NCBI GenBank assembly: GCA_950097015.1
Contig: CATNEN010000008.1
Location: forward strand, 3,348,001-3,412,000
DNA from: Macrostomum hystrix
Lineage: Eukaryota > Animalia > Platyhelminthes
DNA: 64,000 bases
Reading direction: 5' to 3'
Shown: piece by piece, positions 1-12,987 of the stretch
Numbering within the stretch: position 1 is the stretch's first letter
Layout of the letters: each line of letters begins with the position of its first letter
The notes under the pieces: generated by a model
The model's input: the letters and a program-made list of their open reading frames with translations, nothing else
Database searches by the model: none
What the model was told of the DNA's origin: nothing
Position numbers and translations under genes: made by a program

Positions 1-870
1 GCAAGTAAAAAAGTTAAGTAAGTAGACAGGTAGATAGACGGTTGTGGGGTAGACAAGTAGGTAGGTAGACAGGTAGGTAGGTAGGTAGGTACGTACGGTA
101 GGTAGGTAGGTAGATAGACGGTTTTTGGGTAGACATGCAGGTAGGTAGACAGGTAGACAGGAAGACAGGTAGGTAGGTAGGAAGACAGGTAGGTAGGTAG
201 ACAGGTAGGTAGGAAGACAGGTAGGTAGGTAGACAGGTAGGTAGGTAGGTAGGTAGACAGGTAGACAGGAAGACAGGTAGGTAGGAAGACAGGTAGGTAG
301 GTAGGAAGACAGGTAGGTAGGTAGACAGGTAGACAGGAAGACAGGTAGGTAGGAAGACAGGTAGGTAGGTAGGAAGACAGGTAGGTAGGTAGACAGGTAG
401 ACAAGAAGACAGGTAGGTAAGTAGACAGGTAGACAGGTAGACAGATAGGTAGGTAGGTAGGTAGGTAGATAGACGGTTTTGGGGTAGACAGGCAGCTAGG
501 TAGACAGGAAGACAGGTAGGTAGGTAGGAAGACAGGTAGGTAGGTAGATAGGAAGACAGGTAGGTAGGTAGAGGGTTGTGGGGTAGACAGGTTGGTATGT
601 AGACAGGTAGGTAGGTAGGTTGACAGGTAGGTAGGTAGAGGGTTGTGGGGTAGACAGGTTGGTAGGTAGGTAGGTAGACAGGTAGGTAGGTAGGTAGACA
701 GGTAGGTAGGTAGGTAGACAGGTAGGTAGACAGGTAGGTAGACAGGTAGGTAGGTAGGTAGACAGGTAGGTAGACAGGTAGGTAGACAGGTAGGTAGGTA
801 GGTAGGTAGACAGGTAGGTAGGTAGACAGGTAGGCAGGTAGGTAGACAGGTAGATAAACAATTAGACAGG
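1..870 (+). repeat. Compound (AGGT)n/(AGAC) microsatellite
   Basis: Direct inspection. Confidence 0.95.
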
Positions 871-1744
871 TAGGTCGGTAGAAGAATTAAGTTAAGCTTT
901 TGTTTCAAATTTCAAAAGGTGATTTGTTGCACGGGCATTGGGCACTGTGTGGTATGTCAGCAGCAGAGCGGCAAAGCTGAGAATGGCCCTAAGCAACACT
1001 AGCTCAATAACTTCAGTTCGCTAATTGAATAGGCACTTTCTCTATATAACTGAAAGCTAAGCAGAGACTGAGAGAGCTATAGAAGAGCAACTAAGGCCAG
1101 ACACTAACTAACAATATACTGCCTACAATTAAGGGGAGAAGATACTTAACCAGCCAGCGCTCAAGTCCCGAATCGTGAGTCAGCCCAGTCCACCGAGCGA
1201 ACCCTCCAACCGAACTCAAAAATTTCATTCATATATTTTCTAGCTACGGCTTAAAAGGGCTTTATTTGATAGCCAGAGCAATAAAGGTTCAGTAAGTATA
1301 ATTGCAGACTACAGTACAGACCCACCACACCGCTAAATTTTATTTTTTCAATCTCTCTCAGATACCGAAAAGGCAATCCAACGCTGGAGCCAAGACCTCT
1401 GCCCCACGCCACACAGGGGGGGGTTAGCTAGCAATTCGGATGAATCATACAAAATGTTTGTGCCTCCTAGGAAATTTCGGGTGACTAAGTAAGACTAAGT
1501 CTGCCCTGCCCCTTGTGTTCATTCATTAGCCAGATACCTCACACACACACACCTGACAGACTGACCGGGAAGATTAATAATAAATGGTTCAGAGATTTAG
1601 GAATTAAAACGGGGATTTAAATTTGGGTCGAGTAATTACGATTTTGATCTACCTAAAATTGAGAGATTACAGATTACTGAGCATAGGATTAAAAATCTAT
1701 CAAACATCAGCATTTGGGATCTAGTGATTTATTATCTATGGATT

Positions 1745-2110
1745 CTGGATTGAGGATCAATGGATTGGGGATTAAGGGATTTGGGATCAAGAAGTTGGGG
1801 ATCAAGGGATTTGGGATCAAGCGGTTGGGGATCAAGGGATTTGGGATCAAGGAGTTGGGGATCAAGGGATTTGGGATCAAGGAGTTGGGGATCAAGGGGT
1901 TTGGGATCAAGGAGTTGGGGATCAAGGGATTTAGGATCAAGGGGTTCGGGATCAACGGATTGGAGATTAAGGGATTTGGGATCAAGGAATTGGGATCAAG
2001 GGATTGGAGATTAAGGAATTGGAAATCTAGGTATTGGTGATTTGGATCCAGAGTTTGGGAATTTAGGGGCTAAGTATCTAAGGAACTTGGCGATCTAAAG
2101 GTTGGGGATC
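1745..2110 (+). repeat. 15-bp minisatellite GGGATCAAGG(GATTT/AGTTG)
   Basis: Direct inspection; lies next to the ptc exon 3 donor. Confidence 0.9.
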
Positions 2111-2136
2111 TAGAGATGAGGATCGGGGCAGCTCAC

Positions 2137-5100
2137 AATCGGTGGAGCATGCTCAAGCCGGGCAGTCGCACGGGCTTCCTGGGGCCCAGCAGCTTGGCGC
2201 CCTCCCAGAAGCAGTCCAGCGGGGTGACGAGCCGGCAGGGCAGCAGGTCCTCCATGAAGTGGCGCACATTGTCGGGGAGGTCCAGCTGGCCAAGGTCGTA
2301 CTTCAGGCAGAGCTGCTCGAGGCTGATGGTGTGTACAGGCAGGTCGAATACTCGAACTTCCATGTTCACAACTCGCTCCATCAGGCGCATGTGAGCCAGG
2401 AGCTGCTGGGTAGTCAGCACCGAGGAGCTCGACAAATCCGCCTCGATATCATCCAGCTGGCGGTCTGCTGGCTGATGCTGGGAGGGCAGCTGCATCAGCA
2501 TCTGCACGGAGGCTGACAGCAAGCTGGGATAAGTTCGCAGCAGTCTGGAATCCTCATATTTTGCGCTGCGACCCGAGTCTGAAAATAATGAAGGAGGTCA
2601 GTCTTTGATCAGTCATTACCTAACCTAATTGCAATGCCCAGCTTCAGTTGGTAAAAACTCTCAATGATCGCTTTTTCTCGGTCATTTCCACTCACTTGTT
2701 ATGATCATTTCAGTCAAGGTCATTTCCTCTCCCAATGATCATTTCAGTCAAGGTCATTTCCTCTCCCAATGATCATTTCAGCCAAGGTCATTTCCACTTG
2801 TTATGATCATTTCAGTCAAGGTCATTTCCTCTCCCAATGATCATTTCAGTCAAGGTCATTTCCTCTCCCAATGATCATTTCAGCCAAGGTCATTTCCACT
2901 TGTTATGATCATTTCAGTCAAGGTCATTTCCTCTCCCAATGATCATTTCAGTCAAGGTCATTTCCTCTCCCAATGATCATTTCAGCCAAGGTCATTTCCA
3001 CTTGTTATGATCATTTCAGTCAAGGTCATTTCCTCTCCCAATGATCATTTCAGTCAAGGTCATTTCCTCTCCCAATGATCATTTCAGCCAAGGTCATTTC
3101 CACTTGTTATGATCATTTCAGTCAAGGTCATTTCCTCTCCCAATGATCATTTCAGTCAGGGTCATTTCCACTCCCGCCAGTTATAGCCGCTCTCGCACCA
3201 GTTAAACAGTGTGTTAAACTTGGTTCAAGTAAACGAAAAGCAGCTAAACGCGAGCCGCACGCGAACTGAACTACGTATGTGGATTGTAAGCCTGAGATTT
3301 TTATAGAATCCACCTGAGCTTCTTTGAAAGTTGCGAACCAGGACCACCCACGCTGCGCCAGTTTGCGATTCTCTCTCTCCCTCTCCGTGAACTGAAGCAA
3401 GAAGCGCTGATTATTGCAATCGGAATTTGCCAGCTTCCACCAGACCAACAACCAGCGTACTCGATTTCTGCAGTTTACAAAGATTTCAACTCAACGATTT
3501 CCTGAGGCTTCAATTTATGAAGCCCATCTATCTCCCATCTATCTTCTCCGTCTCTCCCATCTACCTTCTCCGTCTCTCCCATCTACCTTCTCCGTCTGTC
3601 CTATCTATCTTCTCCGTCTGTCCTATCTATCTTCTCCGTCTCTCCCATCTATCTTCTCCGTCTGTCCTATCTATCTTCTCCGTCTCTCCCATCTATCTTC
3701 TCCGTCTCTCCTATCTATCTTCTCCGTCTGTCCTATCTATCTTCTCCGTCTGTCCTATCTATCTTCTCCGTCTGTCCTATCTATCTTCTCCGTCTGTCCT
3801 ATCTATCTTCTCCGTCTCTCCCATCTATCTTCTCCGTCTGTCCTATCTATCTTCTCCGTCTGTCCTATCTATCTTCTCCGTCTCTCCTATCTATCTTCTC
3901 CGTCTCTCCCATCTATCTTCTCCGTCTGTCCTATCTATCTTCTCCGTCTCTCCCATCTATCTTCTCCGTCTGTCCTATCTATCTTCTCCGTCTGTCCTAT
4001 CTATCTTCTCCGTCTCTCCCATCTATCTTCTCCGTCTCTCCCATCTATCTTCTCCGTCTGTCCTATCTATCTTCTCCGTCTCTCCCATCTATCTTCTCCG
4101 TCTGTCCTATCTATCTTCTCCGTCTCTCCCATCTATCTTCTCCGTCTCTCCCATCTATCTTCTCCGTCTGTCCTATCTATCTTCTCCGTCTGTCCTATCT
4201 ATCTTCTCCGTCTCTCCCATCTATCTTCTCCGTCTGTCCTATCTATCTTCTCCGTCTCTCCCATCTATCTTATCCGTGTCTCCTATCTATCTTCTCCGTC
4301 TGTCCTATCTATCTTCTCCCGTCTCTCCCACCTATCTTCTCCGTCTCTCCCCATATTTCTTCTTCCCCTCTCAAATATTTTTTCTCTCTCTCCCATCTAT
4401 CTTCATTGCTCACCTGAAATGAGAGGTAAGCCCAGATACAAGTATCCAAGTTAGTTATCGAAATTGAATAGCTAGTGCAACATATTTTGGCCTTCTTATC
4501 CCATATTTTCCCATTGTAGCTCACCCGTAGGTCTAGCTAGGCATCTATTTAGTCAGCAGACCATTATCGTAGCACCATCTAGTCAAAAAGTATAAGAAAA
4601 GGCCTAGATGTCTGGTTGCTAGCTAGAAAATATCACTCGATGGGATGAGGACCGAAGCTTAGTTCCGGCTTTTATCTATTCCAGGTATATGGAAGAACGG
4701 AAAATTTTATGTTTAGACTTTTCTGTTCTGTTTGGGGAAAGCAAAACTTTGTCTCTGCGGGCTTTTGTTGCAGAAAATTAATATCCATAACTGTGGCTCG
4801 TTACCTACCTACCGACCTACCGCGTGGTTTGTTTCGATTTCGATAGGGATAAATTTTTACTGCAAAATATTCCGGATTTTTGTTTCATATAGTTTAAAAT
4901 CGCTATGCAGAATTGGCATTATAACCTAAAGGATCATTATTGGGCGACACGAATATTGGATGCAAAAAATGCTGGGACACCAACTTGGCACTGGGATCTA
5001 TAGGATGGGGATCTATAGGATGGGGATCAAAAGGATGGGGATCTATAGGATGGGGATCTATAGGATGGGGATCTATAACATGGGGATCTATAGGATGGGA

Positions 5101-8100
5101 TCTATAGGATGGGGATCTATAGGATGGGGATCTATAGGATGGGGATCTATAGGATGGGGATCAACAGGATGGGGATCTAGCTATAGGGTCACTGATAAAC
5201 ATTGGATGGGATCAGTAGGATGGGATAGTATGGGATTCGGAAATGGGCCGAAGGACGGGATGAGATCAGTAGGATGGGGAACAAACGAATACTTACGAAG
5301 AATGGATACTTGCATTCTGAGATAGCTAAAATAAGATCAGATTGTGAAATATTTATGGATCGTGCAACATTTCACTTTAAGCTGCTGAAATGCACAAACA
5401 ATTAGATTACAATGCCGCAGCCTTGTCAGGTCATGCTGTCCAATAGTTACTATCATAGCTAACTGACAAATTGCAAACTGCTTTTATTTTGTTCATCAGT
5501 CTTTTGGCTGGTCCTGCGGTTTAGGGGTCACATTCGAAAACTGTTCAACTAGCTTGAAGCTAGAGAGAATCTTTGCCAAAAGCATTTTAGCTATTAGTGT
5601 CCATTGTGCGCCGCTGCCGCCGCTGCCGCCGCTGCTGCTGCTGCTGCTGTTGCAGTATCTAAGAGCTAAAGGCCAGACCCACCCCAACTGGCGAAGCGAG
5701 CCAAAACCAGGCTGGGGGACTGCGGTGGGTCGCGAGGCTGCAAAAATAAGCAGTCTTCAGGCAGAGAGGAATGGTGGAGAGACAGAATAAGAATGGGATG
5801 GAAATAGGCCGAATTTCAGAACAGTACGAAGGGCCGGCCACCCATGCCGCTGAAATTTCTGAAACGTGGGGGTGGCCCCCTCCCTGCCTCTGTTTCAAAC
5901 ACTCTGTCAGTGTCTATCAGATTGTGCAAAGCGCAGAAGAATAATAACAATGAGAGAGGGCTCACACACACGCACGCAGTAAATCTTTCCGAATTCATTT
6001 ATCATCTAGCTAAACACTATTTGTGCATAATTCTTATATATAAGTATTAAGCTAACTACTAACTAAAGCTGATTAATTTCTGTTCGCAAAAATAACATAA
6101 ATAATAGTCTGACAAAAAACTCGACTTCAAACGAAAGACATTTTCTAGAATATTTTTGCCGGTTTTAAACCTAAGATGTCATGTACTTATTCATTTGTGA
6201 ATCAGTAGAATTGCACCACTAAAAGTCTGAGTGTAAATAAAGATGAGATAAGAGATAGTAAGGGTGAGATTAGATAGGTGGTTTCAGATACGAGGGTGAG
6301 ATTAGATTGGTGTTTTGAGATACGAGGGTGAGATTAGATAGGTGTTTTGAGATACGAGGGTGAGATTAGATAGGTGGTTGGAGATACGAGGGTGAGATTA
6401 GATAGGTGTTTTGAGATACGAGGGTGAGATTAGATTGGTGTTTTGAGATACGAGGGTGAGATTAGATAGGTGTTTTGAGATATGAGGGTGAGATTAGATT
6501 GGTGTTTTGAGATATGAGGGTGAGATTAGATAGGTGTTTTGAGATATGAGGGTGAGATTAGATAGGTGTTTTGAGATACGAGGGTGAGATTAGATTGGTG
6601 TTTTGAGATATGAGGGTGAGATTAGATAGGTGTTTTGAGATACGAGGGTGAGATTAGATAGGTGTTTTGAGATACGAGGGTGAGATTAGATAGGTGGTTG
6701 GAGATACGAGGGTGAGATTAGATAGGTGTTTTGAGATACGAGGGTGAGATTAGATTGGTGTTTTGAGATACGAGGGTGAGATTAGATAGGTGTTTTGAGA
6801 TACGAGGGTGAGATTAGATTGGTGTTTTGAGATACGAGGGTGAGATTAGATAGGTGTTTTGAGATACGAGGGTGAGATTAGATTGGTGTTTTGAGATACG
6901 AGGGTGAGATTAGATAGGTGTTTTGAGATACGAGGGTGAGATTAGATTGGTGTTTTGAGATACGAGGGTGAGATTAGATAGGTGTTTTGAGATACGAGGG
7001 TGAGATTAGATTGGTGTTTTGAGATACGAGGGTGAGATTAGATAGGTGTTTTGAGATATGAGGGTGAGATTAGATAGGTGTTTTGAGATACGAGGGTGAG
7101 ATTAGATAAGTTTGAGATACGAGGGTGAGATTCAGTGGCGTAGCGATGGGGGTATCGGTGTATCGGCCGATACCCCCCAAAATTTGATGTCTCAATTTTT
7201 TTCGCATTCCGTTTCTTCGAAAGAAATGAATTAATTGTTTTTTATTCTGGATACGCTGGATAGAACCAAAACCGATATCCCCAAAAAAATCCTGGCTACG
7301 CCCCTGGTGGGATTAGATAGGTGGTTGGAGATACGAGGGTGAGATTAGATAGGTGGTTTCAGATACGATGGTGAGATTAGATAAATGTTTTGAGATACGA
7401 GGGTGAGATTAGATAGGTGGTTTCAGATACGAGGGTGAGATTAGATAGGTGGTTGGAGATACGAGGGTGAGATTAGATAGGTGTTTTGAGATACGAGGGT
7501 GAGATTAGATAGGTGTTTTGAGATACGAGGGTGAGATTAGATAGGTGGTTGGAGATACGAGGGTGAGATTAGATAGGTGATTTCAGATACGAGGGTGAGA
7601 TTAGATAGGTGGTTGGAGATACGAGGGTGAGATTAGATAGGTGTTTTGAGATACGAGGGTGAGATTAGATAGGTGTTTTGAGATACGAGGGTGAGATTAG
7701 ATAGGTGGTTGGAGATACGAGGGTGAGATTAGATAGGTGTTTTGAGATACGAGGGTGAGATTAGATAGGTGGTTGGAGATACGAGGGTGAGATTAGATAG
7801 GTGGTTGGAGATACGAGGGTGAGATTAGATAGGTGGTTTCAGATACGATGGTGAGATTAGATAAATGTTTTGAGATACGAGGGTGAGATTAGATAGGTGG
7901 TTTCAGATACGAGGGTGAGATTAGATAGGTGGTTGGAGATACGAGGGTGAGATTAGATAGGTGTTTTGAGATACGAGGGTGAGATTAGATAGGTGTTTTG
8001 AGATACGAGGGTGAGATTTGATAGGTGGTTTCAGATACGAGGGTGAGATTTGATAGGTAGTTTGAGTTACGAGAGTGAGATTTGTGATAGGAATCGGGAT

Positions 8101-8703
8101 GGGAGATAGAAGAAAGGGTGAGATTAGCTAAATACGAGAAGAAAGATAAGAAGGTGATGATAGATAGAAGATCGGAGAAAGGTGGGTGAGATTAGATTAG
8201 TTATAGAGGCTAGAAGGGTGAGATTTGAGACGAGATTGGAGACAGGAGGGTGAAATCAATGATGACAATGGAGTTTGGAGGGTGAGATTAGAGATGGTTG
8301 TTCGGTCACTCACCGGACATCCAGAACTGGGCGAAATCGTGATCTAATCTGGCATCCTTGAGGCCTAGGGTGCACAAGCAGAATGTGACCAGAGTTAAAA
8401 ACAGAAATAGCTTCCACTGCCGTGTCACTGCGACGCCGTACTGATAGCAGATCTTCTGGTAAAAGTACACGACCGACTTCTGCCAGGGTCGCTTGGAGCA
8501 GGCGAAATCGTGAGCGACCAGAGTTTGCTGCAGGCGAGATGAGATAGGAGTCTTTGTGATAAGATAATTCTGATAATAATTCATTTAGTCTAAATTCTTA
8601 CTTGGGATAACTGATCGACTTGGTCAAAATTAACGGGCTCCTGCTTGGCCCGCCGCCTTTGCTGCTGCTGCTGCTGGTATTGTTTTTGCGGGTTGCTACT
8701 CAT
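2137..8703 (-). CDS. ptc: Patched (Hedgehog receptor), 5' part; exons 8602-8703, 8314-8527, 2137-2578; gene continues beyond the left edge
   Basis: Exon 3 reads PCRLVTPLDCFWEGAKL (PTCH1 PCLIITPLDCFWEGAKL). Exon 2 has TM1 followed by GLKDARLDHDFAQFWMS. GT-AG junctions with consistent phases (0, 1; phase-2 donor at 2136). The spliced join FWMS-D-SGRSAKY aligns with PTCH LWVEVGGRVSRE. Exon 1 is less certain than exons 2-3. Confidence 0.93.
2701..3170 (+). repeat. 34-bp minisatellite with AAB higher-order period of 102 bp
   Basis: Blocks start at 2701, 2803, 2905, 3007, 3109. Confidence 0.95.
3342..3350 (+). promoter_or_regulatory. Perfect Gli/Ci consensus site GACCACCCA in patched intron 2
   Basis: Exact 9-mer match; patched is the canonical Gli target. 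Function is inferred. Confidence 0.55.
3515..4345 (+). repeat. 22-bp pyrimidine-rich minisatellite C(T/C)ATCTATCTTCTCCGTCT(G/C)TC
   Basis: Direct inspection. Confidence 0.95.
4990..5200 (+). repeat. 15-bp minisatellite GGGATCTATAGGATG
   Basis: Direct inspection. Confidence 0.9.
6255..8070 (+). repeat. 32-bp minisatellite GAGATACGAGGGTGAGATTAGATAGGTGTTTT (about 50 copies), interrupted by a MITE
   Basis: Direct inspection; period 32. Confidence 0.95.
7133..7306. mobile_element. 174-bp hAT-type MITE inserted in a minisatellite
   Basis: TIRs CAGTGGCGTAGC / GCTACGCCCCTG; 8-bp TSD GTGAGATT / GTGGGATT (1 mismatch). Confidence 0.85.
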
Positions 8704-10324
8704 GCTTCTTTAACTCAGAAGAAATTAAAATAGCCCCTGTATTTAATAATACTAGGGCAGCAAAGCGCAATCATCCCTACTTTGCCACAGGACAGCAGAA
8801 GGGATCAGGCTGCAAAAAAAGCTAATCGATTTAAATATTTTTCAATCTAGGCGAATAAATGGCCGCCAAAAATAAAACGATGGGTCGAACAGTTCACTTT
8901 AATAATTATATGCAAAGCGAGCTTCTGCTGGTCTTATTATAGTCTTATAGGTGAGGGATGCTTGTGCGTAAAAGGCACGCTTCAACCCCAGAACACAACA
9001 CTGCAAGCTTTACGTTGAAGCCTCACACCCTCAAACTCTCAGACCCCACCCACCCCGTTAGCCAAACCCCCCTAATGTACAAAACAAAATAAGAAAGCGG
9101 GCCACTGATTATTCACTCTGCCCCTCGGCCCCGCACACTTTAGACCCGCCACCCCAAAACAGGAGGCCGCACACAGAGGGAGAACAGAGGCCAAGTCTAA
9201 CTTTAACCAATCGAATACATCAACGAATAAAAACTTTGGGTTAACGGAAAAGCTGCCGTGGCCTTGTGACGAACTCGGACTTTTTACACTAGGCGGATGG
9301 GCTTCTTCAATCCGGGTGAATTTTAAACAACCAACTTGGGTCCCGAACAAACAAGAACAAACACCCAAGTGTGACTTTACTATACAGCACAGATAGTCAG
9401 ATGGAAGTGGCTATTCGTACGGCAGTCCGGAAATATAAAATCCAATAATTCACCATGAGGAAGCTTGCCGCGTGTTGGCGAACACGTATAATTTTATCAT
9501 CTAACCGTGCAGAAAATTATCAAACAGTTTTATTCATAAGAAAAATCTACAAGCATCGCAGTTTACATTTTAGATTTGTTAATAACTCGTTTCATCGTTT
9601 CTTGGAAATGCACTACAAGATAGGAGATTCTGCCGTAAGAATAGCCACTACCTAGTCAGATCGATCTAGCTTTGCTGATATCAATTCTCGTCTAAATGAT
9701 CAAACCAAAAATAGCACAACCAATGCACCCGTTCAGCCATTCTGATTCTACCTATTATGTACTGTGCCATTTCTGAACCTTGCTCCCACACTGGCTCTGG
9801 TCCAATATGTTTATTTCTGGAGTCAGAAAACTAGCATGTTGTACGCTAATTCTTCCGTTCAAAATTACCGGAAAACTATAAAAGTATCACATACTTTCTG
9901 CTTAGCCTACTTTTACTTTCGTATTATTTAGTAGTTCGTGCGACTTTTCCACTTTATTTACCTCAAAGCTGTTCAACGATTTTAAAAAGAAAAATTTTAG
10001 ACTGATGTTTAGCTGTTTTGTCAATTCATTGCAAGGTGCATTAACCGTTCTGACTGCCTAGTCGACTGCATGGTTTAAACAGTTTGCGACATGGCCTGCA
10101 CTGCAGGCCATAGACAACTTTGCAATTTAAAAGCCAGACCCGTAGTTTGCGGTAGCAGCTCAAACCAAATATTCTATGGTATAACATTTTTCAATATTAT
10201 GTCTGTTGCATGTACGTTTGTACACTTGTTCATGCTTGTTCAACAACGCTTTATACACTTTTTTCGTAGCCGAGAGAAAATTGAAGTTATTGACAGAAAA
10301 TGTTGTTTTTACTTTTCAATAGTC

Positions 10325-11340
10325 ATGGCTGCCGCAGCTGCACAATTCGATCCTGACACAGGCAGTGAGACTTCTTGGGAAGAGAGTGATATATTTACAG
10401 ATGATGATGTCAATCACCACGAAACTGAGTTCGTTAAAGATGTTAATTCGTTAATCACCACGAACCAGAAGCTGCTGAAACTGATGAGTGGGTTAACTGC
10501 GACCCAGGCCATGACCAGCAGAAGCCGGACCCAAATCCCGCGTTTTCGGGCACGCCAGGTCCTGCCTCCGGCTTGGTGCTACCCGACAATGCGGACAACG
10601 ATCCAGTGGCCTTTAGTCGAATGTTCGTCACTGCTCAGTTGTTGCAAAGCCTGTGCGAATGGACGAATGCGCGTGCATGGCGAATAGTCCAGGAACTGCA
10701 AGATGATCTGGATTCCTTGCCGTCGCGATTCTCAACATGGAAAGACTTCACCGGTAACGACATGACAACGTTTATCGCCATGTCAGTATACATGGGAGTC
10801 GTCAAGAAGCCGGAGGTGACCCACTACTGGTAAAAATGAGTTTTATGCAACACCACTCTTTCAACAACCTGTTTTGCCCAGAGACAGGGTATCAACAAAT
10901 CAGCAGTTTGCTAGCTTTCTACGATTGCAACAGCTTTGATGCGTCGGACCCCCTGGCAAAGGTGAGGCCCTTCATCACCATCGGTTCTGAAATTTTTCGG
11001 CGTGTTTACATGCCTGGAAAGGAGCTCAGCTCAGACGAGGAGCTGTGCTCTTTAGAGGGCGCGTATTGTTTCGCCAGTATATGGAATATGGTATATGGCC
11101 TGCCAAGAAGGCGCGGTATGGAATAAAGATTTACTGCCTGTGCGAGGCGAGAACAGGCTACGTTAGCAACTTTCTTGTGCATTCGAGCATGGCGGAGAAA
11201 GAAAATTTTGGACAAAATCTAGATTGCGATGGACTCTCACTGAGTGAAAGGGTGTTGGTTGAGTCATGCAGGTATGTTCTCGACGTTGGATACCATGTGT
11301 TCTGCGACAGCTGGTCAGGAATGGCTGGGTCGTGTACCGA
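10325..11340 (+). pseudogene. Degenerate piggyBac (PGBD4-like, DDE_Tnp_1_7) transposase
   Basis: Acidic N-terminus, then CEWTNARA...W, SSDEEL / VLFRGRVLFRQY...KARYGIKIYCLCEARTGYVSNF, GYHVFCDSW. In-frame stop at about 10831 and at least two frameshifts. TIRs not identified. Confidence 0.85.
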
Positions 11341-11404
11341 GCTTGCGGCGGGTCTCTCTGCTTCCTGGAGTTCCTGAAGGCTACTATCAAAGACTTTATA
11401 CGCT

Positions 11405-12075
11405 CACTCTCCCGATCCCTCTCCTTATCACTCTCCCTATCACTCTCCCTCTTCCTCTCCTCTCCCTCTCCCTTTCCATCTCCCTATCACTCTCCCTATC
11501 ACTCTCCCTATCCCTCTCCCTCTTCCTCTCCTCTCCCTCTCCCTTTCCATCTCCCTATCACTCTCCCTTTCCATCTCCCTATCACTCTCCCTTTCCATTT
11601 CCCTATCACTCTCCCTATCACTCTCCCTTTCCATCTCCCTATCACTCTCCCTATCACTCTCCCTTTCCATCTCCCTATCACTCTCCCTATCACTCTCCCT
11701 TTCCATCTCCCTATCACTCTCCCTATCACTCTCCCTTTCCATCTCCCTATCACTCTCCCTCTTCCTCTCCTCTCCCTCTCCCTTTCCATCTCCCTGTCAC
11801 TCTCCCTATCACTCTCCCTATCCCTCTCCCTCTTCCTCTCCTCTCCCTCTCCCTTTCCATCTCCCTATCACTCTCCCTTTCCATCTCCCTATCACTCTCC
11901 CTTTCCATCTCCCTATCACTCTCCCTTTCCATCTCCCTATCACTCTCCCTTTCCATCTCCCTATCACTCTCCCTATCCCTCTCCCTATCACTCTCCCTAT
12001 CCCTCTCCCTCTCCCTCTCCCTATCCCTCTCCCTATCACTCTCCCTATCCCTCTCCCTATCCCTCTCCCTCTCCC
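11405..12075 (+). repeat. 12-bp CT-rich minisatellite (CCCTATCACTCT / CCCTTTCCATCT)
   Basis: Direct inspection. Confidence 0.95.
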
Positions 12076-12987
12076 ATTCACAGGTCATATTGCTTTCACA
12101 GGCAAAGCATTATCCATCGTGAGCATACTTTAAGGCCAGTCTCCGTTAGCCTAGAGGGCACAACATCTTTCCGCCACATGGCCTCTGCTTTCTCTGCACT
12201 CTTAAATAGTAGGCCACCCCACGTACAAGCCGAAAGAATGCATGGGAGAGTGCGAATGTGGCGATTTGCACGCGCCAAGTTTTGCTCGCCGCCGCTTGCA
12301 GCCGCTGCTGAGTGGAGGTTTTCGCTCTGGAAATTTGTTGTTTCGACGAAAGTCTTTGAACTGGGCCACATCGTCTGTCTGTCTGAGCCTCCCATCATAT
12401 TTTGGCCTGCAAAGATCCATGGAACAGTGGATTCTAGTGTACTAGAATGCAATATCTATTGAAATGTTTATTTTCTTGCCTTATTTTTTACAACGAGCGT
12501 ATTTTCTACCTTTTCTACTCATGAGTAGGATGATTCGACATTTAGCAGCATTTTTATATTTGTTTAGCAGCTACTGTCCTACTATAATGAGCTGCCCACA
12601 TCTCGCCGGCCTCACAGATAAGAATCTGGGATGCAGGTGTCTCTCAAGCCGCCCAAAATGTCTCATCGCATCGAATCAATGCTTGCCATAATGAAGAAAA
12701 TGAGACAGAAAGAATTACTAAACTGCGTCGCGTGCAACCGTGTCATCATTTTTTCCCATCTTTGCAACTTTCTTGCCAAATCTGCTAACTGTGACGCAAC
12801 TGATTACAGTGAGGTGATTAATTATGAGGCGCCAGTTGAACAGGCTCTTAAAACATTTTTGAGGGGCTGACATTGAGGAAGACTTGCGAGAAAAGTGATC
12901 AGCGACGGGAGGAATTGGTTGCTTCTCAACTTCTACTAATAAAACAGATGAAGCTGTCCATTCCTGATCCCACATGGGACTGTCCCT

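Noticed and set aside
1140-1230. Possible next patched exon (RWTGL resembling RWTNF)
   Set aside because: Weak acceptor and donor and no further similarity.
12200-12460. Minus-strand QNMMGGSDRQ resembling the piggyBac MGGVD motif
   Set aside because: Opposite strand to the transposase fossil, spacing off by one, flanking motifs unconvincing; needs a profile search.
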